From Amoebophrya sp. A120 (Eukaryota > Protista > Dinoflagellata): a stretch of DNA of 64,000 nucleotides. The stretch covers positions 9,493,979 to 9,557,978 of the forward strand of contig CAJINV010000003.1 in the NCBI GenBank assembly GCA_905178155.1, read 5' to 3'. How positions within the stretch are numbered: position 1 is the first letter of the stretch; each line of letters opens with the position of its first letter. Below, piece after piece: positions 36,501 through 47,400 of this stretch. Below the pieces are notes generated by a model. It saw only the letters and a program-made list of their open reading frames with translations, searched no databases and was not told where the DNA came from. The position numbers were made by a program, and so were the translations under genes.

Positions 36501-37627
36501 GGAAGGAAACAGGAGTCTGAAAATCTGAAATGAGAATCCAAGCCAAGAGCTCCGCCCGTCCCTGTGTCTCGTGGTGATTGGCAAGAAGATAAGCAAGCAT
36601 CAACCACCACCAGAGTCCGTCGCAGGTAGAAAAGAACGACTGTGATCTTTTTTTTTGGTCGGCCCATCCCACGAACTTGGTTGGGAAAAGTTCCTGTGTG
36701 GCGGATATTAGGACGCACGCGCGACCTCCGCTACCTTTTTTCTCCGGGCCTTCTGCCGCCCGCAGGAGCCAGCAAGATACCAAAGGCAAAAGAGGGGAGC
36801 AGGGCAACTTCCTCTGCCTCCGACCGACGGGGTGAAAACAGGACGAGTGGCCCGGGACTATGAAAAAGCGCGACGCCCCCTCTGCACGCTCACGCGCTGA
36901 CACAAGCCGGGAGCATTCAGACGCTCCGGCTTTCGAATACAATTTACCGGGCGCGGCGGATGAAGTTTCTCCGCTGGCTGCACGGTCCGCGATGGAGCCG
37001 AAAATAGCCGCTATTTTCGGCTCCATCGACCTGCTTGGTTGGCGCTAAGCGCCAACCAAGCTCATGTCGGCGGGCGAGGAAGGGGAACGGAAGCGAACGG
37101 GGCAGGGTTTGAAGATTAATCGGACAGGGACAGGGCGCTTTTTCAACAGAAGCAGAAAACTTTTTTCATTCTGTATTCCGCTTTCTTTTCAAAAGAAAGC
37201 GGAATACAGAATGAAAAAAGAAATACAATAAGGGCGGAAAACGAAACAAGTAAGAAGAAACCAAAAGCAGACGAATTGCCGAGATGTCAGAGGCTGCTCA
37301 GGCGAAAAGCCATGGGGTGGTGATTCTCGGCTCCGTTCTCGGTGTATATGTAAAGTTCGGAAAAAAGCACAAGCAGGCCCGTTATTCCATTAGACAGGCT
37401 GACTAGTAATTTTTATACTCAGTCATGTCTTTGTCATGTTCCATCAGCGACCGCTGCAGTGAGCGGCTTTTCCACTTGTCTTTAGCGATTTCAAGCAAAT
37501 CCCCTACGGACACACTCTTTAAATCATTTGCAGTCATCTTGGCGTCCCTGCCGCGCTCATACCGTCGCGCCATTCGCGGATAGGCACCAGCCTGGGGGTT
37601 GCTAGGGTTGTAGTTGATCTGGCTCAT
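21523..37627 (-). CDS. Pumilio/PUF-family RNA-binding protein (8 repeats), at least 11 exons
   Basis: Exons: 37627?-37419, 36320-36133, 34739-34657, 34346-34308, 33260 to about 33025, about 32520-32382, about 28010-27981, 27666-27561, 23020-22751, 22581 to about 22495, about 22270-22225, 21752-21523. Repeat cores: KDKWKSRSLQ, SDQYGNYLSQ, NEVHGTRAVQ, RSVTGFHVVV, RDQWGCCVLK, QDPYGNYVVQ, QQKFSSNVLE, CDQYGNYVLQ. GT-AG introns 37418-36321 and 36132-34740 restore the 36/37-aa periodicity; GT-AG introns 27560-23021 and 22750-22582 keep the frame. The start codon and some junctions are uncertain. Confidence 0.9.
24133..27028. mobile_element. About 2.9-kb foldback-type non-autonomous DNA transposon in a PUF intron
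   Basis: Imperfect TIRs of about 55 bp (24133-24185 TAGGGGTTGAAAGAATTAAG... and 26977-27028 ...CTTAATTTTTTCAACCCTTA). Flanking direct repeat ACATTTT (24126-24132 and 27029-27035, extendable to TTAACATTTT). Internal 351-bp tandem units (24827, 25178, 25529) and an inverted arm of about 560 bp (25180-25740 vs 26136-26700). Confidence 0.8.
28190..28520. repeat. Degenerate direct repeat, period about 150-170 bp
   Basis: CAGACGCCGCCGCC, GGTGCTACCGCTCACGCCGGGGC and AAGCGCAGGCGCACTCCACC each occur twice. Confidence 0.8.
29906..30193. repeat. Perfect 3 x 96-bp tandem repeat
   Basis: Units start at 29906, 30002 and 30098 and are identical by inspection. Confidence 0.97.
35020..35760. repeat. Degenerate 105-127-bp minisatellite in a PUF intron
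   Basis: GAAATCGRGGCCATAC and GGCGGCCCAAATTGGGCCA motifs recur about 6 times, preceded by GGGGGATCCG units. Confidence 0.85.
36990..37220. repeat. Three perfect palindromes, each with a 1-nt spacer
   Basis: 36990-37028 (19-bp arms), 37033-37061 (14-bp arms) and 37160-37220 (30-bp arms). Confidence 0.97.
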
Positions 37628-38440
37628 CCTCCTTCTACTTTTTCGCAGGTCCTCGTGGAAAGTTGGAAGAGGGCCTCACGCCTCCAGGGAAGCGTCGGCG
37701 TGTCTTTGTCGGAACTCGATTCGTTGCACGATGATGTCAGTTGTGGCTGTGCGTATGCGCGATATTTTGGCTGTCCGAAATGTATCAACTACATCAAATA
37801 TGTCTGGGTCGGACTCGGAAAGAATGCAGTTTTTTGTCATTGTCGCACTGTTTTTCTTTTTGTGTGACGCAGAGCCAGAAGGTCTGACATGCAAGCCCTA
37901 GCATTCGGTGACAAGAAGTGTGCAACGTTTGCTGTCAAAAATTGTGCGTGAGAGAATTTTCGTATAATCTGCAATGGGCATCACGTGTTCGCATCTTTCC
38001 AGACGCAGTCCCAGACGCAGACACATTTCCGATGCATAAAATGGTACTGAGCACAATAAGGAGCGCGGGGGGAACGAGCGCAACCTCCCAGATGAGAGAT
38101 CACTATGAAGTGAACTTGAACTCGATAAAAAGCTGCGCACTTTCGATTGCGGCTTCAGTGCTGGCGATCGTGCGCAACACTCGATACAGATACGGCACAC
38201 AGTCAAGCAGAAGCAAACGCTACTACATGTAGTTCCTTCTTGTGCGCCTTGCCTTCACTGCATGGGCACTCGATGTATTTTTATGTAACGCTTGGCGTTG
38301 CAGTGATTTCCGTACACCGTGGCTGGTCCTGGTGTAAAACAGCCTTGGCCAGTAAGTAGAACACGCTCACGCGCTACACAAACCCTCACCCTCCAACAAA
38401 AGTAAGACGCGAATGCTAACTTCCTGCGGCACCGGCGCTG

Positions 38441-41400
38441 TTAACTCGCACTCCGAGCAAGCTCCTCTGTGACCACTTCGAAGTCGCTCAAAAAACCACT
38501 AGACTTGCCAACAAAACAAGAAAGAGGGCGTATTGTGTGGAAACATCCCCCCTCTCCATACCAAAATTTGTGATGCTGATTTGAGGCCACAAAGACAAAT
38601 CGTCTCTGTATTGCAAGAAGATACATAAAAAACCCCGCCGCGTTCTGCGGGCAATTTGTAATGCTGTGTGGCCTACAGATGAGAATGCCCCTACCTTGCT
38701 AGGCGCCTACACCAAAACGCCTCTACTCCAGCTCTGTATCTGCCTGCAGTCTTCTACTGCAAGACCAAGCTTATTTGTGGTCACAAATCAGCATCACAAA
38801 TTTCCTTTTCGATATGGGGAGGGGGGATTTTTCCCTGTGATAGGACGGCTCCATAGGCACAGCAATCTGCATGCTTGGGTCGAGCAGATGCGCGACGTCA
38901 TTCATTGGTGCAGCCCCGGTCGGCTGCGTTTGAAACGCACGCAAAGCCAGCGTGAGGCGTTTTCGGCTTTACCAGACTCAGCCTGTCTCTAGCTTGGCTA
39001 CTTAGCTGTCGCTCGTCGGGATGCAACCAGGTGGCGAAAAGACGGCCCCCAAGCTGTTGTTGGGAGCGAACGCTGAGCGCGCTCATGCGTCTTGCAACGA
39101 TTGCTCCCCTGTGTGCGGTTGCCCTCGTCCAAGTCCTTAATTCTGCAGCACACGTCGCACCGCTGCGCCACTTCCATGGCGGGGCGTAAAGATCCAGACA
39201 CTTCTACACAGTGCATCTCGCTCTAGCTTTACTGATAGCTCTTTATCGTGCTGGTCACTTCTAGTAGTTTATGTCGCGCGGCAGGGACTGCGCTGCGCTG
39301 GCGCCCACATGATGCCACTAGACGCGGTTGCAATCACTTCGCACGCGTGGGTGTCTGTGAGCGGGAAAAACGCCCGGCGAACCATGGTACGCGATGCATG
39401 GCTCCTGAACACAAAGAGGCACCCCCGAAGGGTCGCACCCTGTCAGAGTGTCCGGCTGCACCACACACAACTCACAAGCCGGGCCCACAGAGGCCCGGCG
39501 CAACACACCCCAAAAGGGCCCTCATCAGGAGGCAAAGGGGCCACCAGCGTTGTCAACCTATGCCAACAGATCGGGGGACCGCTGCGAGGGCCCGCCCAGT
39601 AGTGACGAGCCACCCACTACAGTGGCTGTCGTGAGTCTCCCCTTTTCGACATTGCGGCGTTCTTGCAAGTGTTCAAGCAAGCTGAACACGGATCGGCTCC
39701 TTCTGAGACCACGCACTGGCTTCGCTGTGTAAACCAGCCTGCACCTAGAAAGACAGCTATTTAATCTACATGCTACTTCACACCCCTGCCTGTCATTGTC
39801 TGCGTGTGCATGTCAATGTAAAACTTTTGCAATGGATTTTTTCACGCAATCACACCAGATATGTATCTGAGTGCGTGCCAACACATCCACCTCGGGCTGA
39901 TACTATTAGGATTACGAAGAATTATCGTCCGAGGAGCTTCGGCACACAATCACGAGCATGCTGCAGCCTTATACGGCAGCTCCGCGGCACTCTACTACAT
40001 CTGCGCTACTTATGCGTGCCTGCTTTTACTACTTACTTTGTGTTTATGGATGTGTGTCATGATTGTCGATGGGGTTTCTGTTAGTGCTTGCGAGAAAAGG
40101 AAAACTAGCGCTGGAGCTTTATGTTTATGAACGCAAGCGGACGGCTTTGGTTTTGCCACATCCGCCACCTCCTAGAGTGGCTGGCCCACACAAAATATTT
40201 GAATTTAAGCTGGCATCACTGGATGTTGTTTGGGGGAGCAACTCAACAGAATAATCGATAGCACGACCACTCAGCCTTCTGATGCCACTGGACAACATGA
40301 CATCAGTCGACAAGCCAGACCAGACCAGACCAGCCACGGACCCGATTGAGGCGGGCGCCCCATACGCAGGACCCAAAAAGCGGCGGGCCCCGCTCGGCTA
40401 CGGCCAAGAACCAGCGCGGCCCCGCAATGGTGGCGGTGGCGCGTCGCACGCTTATTATCATTGAAGCCCACGAATATATGCCTAGCATGCGCCAAGCCTG
40501 CAGAATCCGCCGCGCAAAGCGCCCAACGCATTGCACGGCGTTTTTCTTGGCCAACTTTGCTTGTGATTTCCCTATTCCTCATCTTCGCTTTATTTCTCTC
40601 TTTGTTTCCACTTTGGTGGCCAGGAGAACGCAAAACCCGACAGGAACCGAATCCCCGGGCGACCTTTTTTCTTGGGTGCGCGCTTTCTCCGATGGCAGCT
40701 GCGTGACTTGGGCAGATGGGATTCCGAGGCATTTTGCCGGCGACCCCAAGGCCGGCCTTTCCCTCGTGCGGGCGCGGGCTCAACCGCTCTGCGCGGGGGG
40801 CCTGGCGCAGATAGGACTTCACGGGAACGGCTGTGCCGCAAAATCTCGCACGGGGGTCTCTGCGTCGAATCCGCGTGCCACTTCGTGCCCGGCATCTCCG
40901 GCGGCGAACGCGGGGGCGGTTTGGCCGGCGAATTTTGGAGGTGCCCCCGGAGATGCTTCCACAATCTTGCCTACGCGCATTCTCCGAACCCATCCAAAGT
41001 CGCCCGCCAGGCCGACCCCGGACCCTTTCCTGACTGCGCACGCTCGACCTGATTTTCCAGGGGTCGACCTGCTTCTTCGAAAACGCGGCGCGCGCGGGTG
41101 AGGCCCCACCGGCTTCCCCCCGGAATTACACCGCGGCCGGGCGGCTCTACCGGGGCCGGCCACAGAAGCCGGCGAGGCAGGGGGCGGCGGCGCGGCCACG
41201 CTTCCGGACTGTTCCTGGCTTGAAGGGCGCAAGCGCAAACACTAGCCGCGCTGGCAGGGGTAGTGAGGTCACAGCAGTTTTTCTAACTTCATCCCCAATT
41301 TTAGTAACTGTTTTCGCGCATAGGCATACCGATAAGCAACGGGGCCGCGTTTCTTGTCTCGAGGACTCCGGCGGGTATAACGTTGCTACGAATGGTTTGG

Positions 41401-44400
41401 CGGGCGGCAGAAGTCGCAACCTCCGCTCCCGCTGCGCTTAGAGCATCTTTTCTTCCTCCCGGGTAAGACTCGATCATTTACTATATCTGAGTACGAGTAG
41501 CGCAAGAACGCCGAGCATAGTAGCGCTGGCTCTTTTACTGGCATCATGTTACGCTCTAAAATTTATTGCGGTCGATAGCTCGCGGGGCGTCGTCATCTTC
41601 AAACTCGAAGTGATCGACGCAGCGTCTGCCCAGAATGGGCGACAAGAGATAATGTTTAACATCGAGATCGACGCACTCTTCGCATTCGCGGAAAACTGTG
41701 CCAGCACCAGCGGGTGCGGGGGAGCGGCTCTTCCCTTTATTTGCAAACACCGTGCATGATCTTGGGGAGCGAGCCCGTGGACTTCTTTCTCCTGGTGCCC
41801 CTGCACTTAAGTCGTGAATACGATGACGACAGCCAGTCGCCACAAATGTGGTTTGGTGTTTCGTGCTGCTGGAATAACCTTGAGAGCGCTGACCCTGAAG
41901 GTGGCGATAATCTGCAGGCAATGTCCATCGCTCCGCCAGCCTTCTGCAAGATTCTGGCTGCTGCGCCATCATCTTGCTCAGGTGTTTCGTGCGACGTGTT
42001 TCGGTTTTCCCTCCGGCCTTATTGCTCGCATCACTTCGTGCGTGCGATGATGCCACCCGGGAGGGCGCGTCGTTTTCTATTTCTTCGCAGAAGCGCGCCT
42101 GCTTTCTCGACATTATCTTACTCGTCATCCCTGCTCCGTTACTACTCTGATGATCGCCGAGGCCCGCCCTATGGCAATGCTCTACACTGCTCCTCCGTGT
42201 CGAACTATTTGAAGCCGACGCGTTGTAGTTGTTCTTGTTGAGGTTGGTAGATGCCCGTATGGTTATGGACCTCTTGCTGGATACGTGACTGGCATGGCAC
42301 GGCCGCTGCGTTGCAGTCGACGGCGAGGCTGCAACTGCGTGGGCATGGGTGACAAAAGAGCTCGCTAGCAGACTACTATCCGCAGTATTAGAGGAAACCG
42401 ACAAAAGCTTGCGGCCTGCCCGTTTATCAATGCGACTGATGAGTGGCATAGCGGACGTCCAAGCTCCGGGAGTAGAGCCTCCGTCCTTCATAGCACATCT
42501 CGCACTGTCGTCCTCGCATGACATACCATCACCGGCGGCCACGTTAGGTTCACGATCACTGTGCAGCACATTGAGCCGGTGCTGCTGCTGCTGCTGCTGA
42601 AGTGGCGATTCGCAGATACTGCTCTCCGATTGCAGCTGGGTTGTGCCGGGGTAGTGGAGGAAGGAACCACTCGGCCCTGTCTTAGAGCAAGAAGGTGGAG
42701 CCGCAGAAAATCCCCGAGTCTGCATTGTTTTGGAAAATTCAGCTACCTTTCTTTGGCTGAGTCCGAACAGATCGAAGCTGGTGCGTCTGGAAACCTCTCG
42801 GGAGGTTTTGGTTGAGTTGTATCGACTAGATTTCTATCCAGTGCAAATATTGCAGTCAGGGATGAATGGGATACATATCTGTAATGCTGAAGCACGAACT
42901 GCTCAGACTGGCAAGACAGGCACAGAGCAAAAGCAAGACAAAGACTACAAGTACAACTACATCCAGAGAAAATAATAATAAATGCCAAGGGGCATGCGGA
43001 ACAGTATAGCGCCACAATTTCAACCACTCTAACAACCCATTCGATTTTTTCCGGTCGTCCCTCTCGACAACAAATGTTACTGTCACCATTCAAGCTAGCA
43101 TAACATTAACATGACAAGATAAGGGATAGTATAAGTGCCAACCATTACGTTATCCGCCTCTGCCACTGCCATCATAATTGCGCTTCATAAATTCAGTGAG
43201 TTTGGGCATAATGTAGATCGGCCACTGGGCTCCCTGGAGGATCGAGAGGATGGCGAGGGGGAATATTCGTGATCCTCACCAAAGACATTGCGATTGGTGT
43301 CCTCCCAGTACTGCTTCCGCATTTTGTTTGGCAAGTTCTTGAACTTCCGGCGCTTCTCTCGGATTTGCTGTTCGCAGGTCTTGCCCGACGGTGGCAACGG
43401 TGTCGCGCGTGTCTGACATGCGGGCGCTGTCATGGAACCCGCTGTATTCGACAATGCCAAGCGCCTCATACCCGCGCCAGCTTGTTTCTTTCGACGAGAG
43501 ATCGGCGCATGCCTAGCGGGAATGAAGGAAGTTGCGTCATTCGTTCGATCGACCGCTGCAGTGCCTCTAGTGGGTTGTGAAGAATTTTTACCATGATCGG
43601 CATGGTCAGAATGCGCGCAACTATCAACAGTCACAAACTCAAGGCAGACAATTTCCCGCCGAGCATTTTTCTGCTGCTTCTGGAGAAATGTAGGCATGCA
43701 GATCAAATCACCATGTAGAGCTCATGACACGCTGCAAACACGATGCAGATCCCACCTGAAATCCACGATCTGAAATCACATCCAAGAGCGAAGAGCGATG
43801 CAAATCGAGAGAATGATGTGATGACGATGATGATGAACTTGTTCCTTTCCCAATGCAACAGCTACGTGGATACTAGTGCAGTAGCCTGCTCACCGGGCTA
43901 CATGGTGTATTAGTGTTCTAACAATCTTGAGCCCTGTGCTTAGAGGGCTAAAGCTTTAGGCTTTAGCTAGAGTTTTTTTGTTTATCCCCTTGAGTTTTAC
44001 ACTTGGACGCGCCTAGTTTTTAGACTTTGAAAAATTTCGAAAAACTAGAAACCACAAACATGGCCACCGGCAGCGAGAAGGACACCCCGCCGAAGATGGC
44101 CACCAAATTGGAGGCGGCGGAAGATTGGCCGCGCTGGAGTTTTGACCTCTTCCGCATCCTGGAAGGGTACCCGCGCAACCCGCCCCCGACCTCCACCGCC
44201 GTCGGCGCCTCCTCTTCTTCCTCCGCCCCGCCCTCGGGAGCTGGTGCAGCCTGGAAGGATTGGGCCGAACTTTATGCGGATTACCGTAAGGAGATCGCTA
44301 AGGGCACGGATATCCCGACCGCCTTGGCGAAAGTTGAAGCCGCCCCCAGCTGGAACAGCTGGACCGCGAAACCGCTCGCCGCCATGATTTCGCAAAGTTG

Positions 44401-47400
44401 TGGACCGGACCCCCACCAAATTTTGCGCGCGATCACCGGCCCGCAGCCTACGCACCTGCTTCGCATGGTTTGGGCGCTCGAAAATAAGCACGCCAGTCAG
44501 AAGATGGCCACCCGCTTCGCTGCTGTTGTGGAACTTATCCGCATGCGGATGAACCCCGGCGAGCTTGCGGACGAATACGCCAACCGCGTGCGCGCTGTCT
44601 TCCGCGAGAAACTTGGCGGAAAAATTTTGCTGCCTGAGTTCTTAGCCGGCTGCATTTTGTCCGGACTCCCCGACACCTTCGCCCCGACCGTTGCCACGCT
44701 CATGGCCAACGAGGTGACCGACGCCGATCGCATTACCACCACGCTCCGCGAGTTCCAGCGCGTTGCCGGCGAAACCAAGACCGAAGACAGCAAGGCCAAC
44801 AGCGCCAAGGTTGTCGCCTTGGAGAAGAGCCAGGAAAAATTGCGGAAGGAGTTGGCAAGCGTGAAAGCGATCGCGAACAAAGGCCAAGGAAAAACGCAGA
44901 AGCCGGAGGACACCCAGAAGGCTAAGCGTTGCCAGTTTTGCCGGCACAAAGGGCACGACGTGACCCAGTGCCGCAAGAAGGAGACGACCGCGAGCAACAC
45001 CAAGAAGGCAAACACCAACAGCGCCGCCGCTGTTGTCGTCCACACCGCCGAAAAGAAGACCGCGACCGCCCCCGTCCAGCTTCCGGAGCTGAATGGGATC
45101 ACCAACGGCGTCACGGTGGGAAAGAAGAAAAACACGCCTTGGGGCTTGTCGGGCAGCCTGCCCATGTTTGTGCGCGAGCACGAGCATCGGATGGCCACCG
45201 ATGAGAACTATGCGAGAAAGGCGATCGAGTTGCCTTACACTCTTGCAGGAGAAGCGGCTGAACGAGTTCGGAAGTTCTACGAAACGCGTCAACCACAGCA
45301 AAACAAGAACAGTGTAAACCAGGAATACTGCGAGCGTTCTCCGCTCTGTGTGCGTTCTCCGCACCTAAAAACGGTCAATTTGTACTTGGCCAGTGTTCTG
45401 CTCGCTCTGCTTCTGTCGGTTGTGTGGTTCTTCGTGTTTGTGTGTTTTACGTTTTTGAACTGCCCCACCCTCGTGATTGGAAGTCCAATCTACCGATTTA
45501 CATCGTGTCTTGCGAAAGCTGCGATGCAAATCTGGAATCTTTTCGGTCCCTGCCCCCCCAAGATTTTGAAGAAATTCGGAATCTCACTCCCCCGGAATTC
45601 GTTCAAGAAATTGAACTCCAGGAGGTTGCTACGACTTCCCTCGTATGCCGCCGGTTGTGCCGCGTATACGAGTCTTCCGAACGTCCTTAACTCCTCCAGG
45701 CACGCGCGCGCGCACTTCGTGCAGCAGCCGAAAGCCAAGGATGGACTTCGAGTTTTGAAAGTCATCGCGGACAGTGGTGCTACCCACCACATGTCCCCGC
45801 ATGAGTCAATGTCTGAGAGCTTTACCGGAGAAACCGCGAGTCTCACAACAGCTGACGGCGAATGCTCGGAGCCTGCGAAAATCGGAATTCTCAAGCCCAA
45901 TAACTTGGGTGCCCGGGTTGCGTTGTACCACCCTGCGTTGCAGGTTTGCCTGCTTTCTGTCGAAACGATGGCGCAGGATGGTGGATCGTACTACCACGCG
46001 AAAGAAGAACGATGGATCCAGGACGCTTCGGGCTATCGCCACACGGTCAAAATACGTCAAAAGCTTCCGCGCGTTGGTTTCTACCTCTTGGAAGGCGAGG
46101 CGTTGGCGCACGTGATTGGAAACCAGAACTCCTGCTCTGCCTTGCGGTTACACCAAAGGCTTGGGCATTTAGGAGTCCAAGGCATCAAGGTTCACTGCCC
46201 TGATTGCGCTGCTTCTAAGTCCTATGGTTCTCAACAGCGTCGAAAGGTCCGCCCCGCGACCTATCTCCACAAGGAGTGGATGGACCAAGTTGAGACGGAT
46301 TTCTTCTCCGGAGGATTACCCGCTTCCATGGATGGAAACACAATTTGCATCACGCTCCGGGACTCAGCCACAGACTGGCTCGAGCCGTGGGGCATTGCAG
46401 ACAAAGCGCAGTGCGGCAAGGTCCTTCGGGACTTTGCAACGCAGGTCGGGGTCCCCAAGGTCGCTCGTTGTGACAGTGAGCCCGTGTTGAAAGGCATGGA
46501 AGGACCATGGAAAGAAGCCTGCCGGGAAATCACTTGCGTCGCTGGCCACAGCGTTCCACGAGAGCCGCAAGGCAGTGGGAACGTGGAGCGCTGGCACAGA
46601 ACCCTTGGGGACGGTCTTCGGGCCAACCTTCAGGGAGTAGATCCCCGGCTCTGGGATTGGTGTGCGCGGTACATCGCGTATGTCAAGAACCGAGCGCAGC
46701 GGAAAACCAAGCTCCCCGCCCCTTTCTACAAGCGTTTTGGTCGTCTGGCCGATGTCAAACACCTTCGCCGCTTTGGGTGCGTTGCGTACGTCCGCAAGCA
46801 CATTCCAAGCGACAAAGCCGAGAGCACGAAGTTGGTTGACCGCTATGAAAAGGGAGTCTTCCTCGGATACTCCAGGGAGTCAAGCTCGTACGTGGTAGGT
46901 GTTTTCCACCATGATGCACGCGCAAAGAGCGGCCAGAGATGGACGGCAGTCGAATCTCGGTCGGTCAAGTTCGACGGGGACACGTTAGTGCCCAATGTCA
47001 ACGCCCTTCGGAAACCGGAGAAAGAACCGTCGCAGAGGCAAGCCCCAAACGCCGACGATTCCGCTGGAGCAGTGAGAAGCGATTCCGATCGCCTTCGCGC
47101 CGCGCTTGAGGAAGTTGAAAAGCGTTGGAAGCAAACTTCTGAGGGGGTTGAAGAACCGGCTCTGAAACGGAGAAAAACGGAGTCGCCCCCCCCGGCGCCG
47201 GAAACGGCCCAGGGCGGAGACAAAGAAAACGAGTCTGCCGGAAGTCCCACCGACGGCGACGGCCGTGGTGCGGCGCCCGCAGATGGTCCCGCGCAGGAAG
47301 GAGGAAACTCATCTCCTGTCGCCCCACAAGTTGCGCCCCAGGTAGCGCCGCCGGACGTTTCAAACTTGATCGATGATGACCTAAACCCCTACACGTTAGT

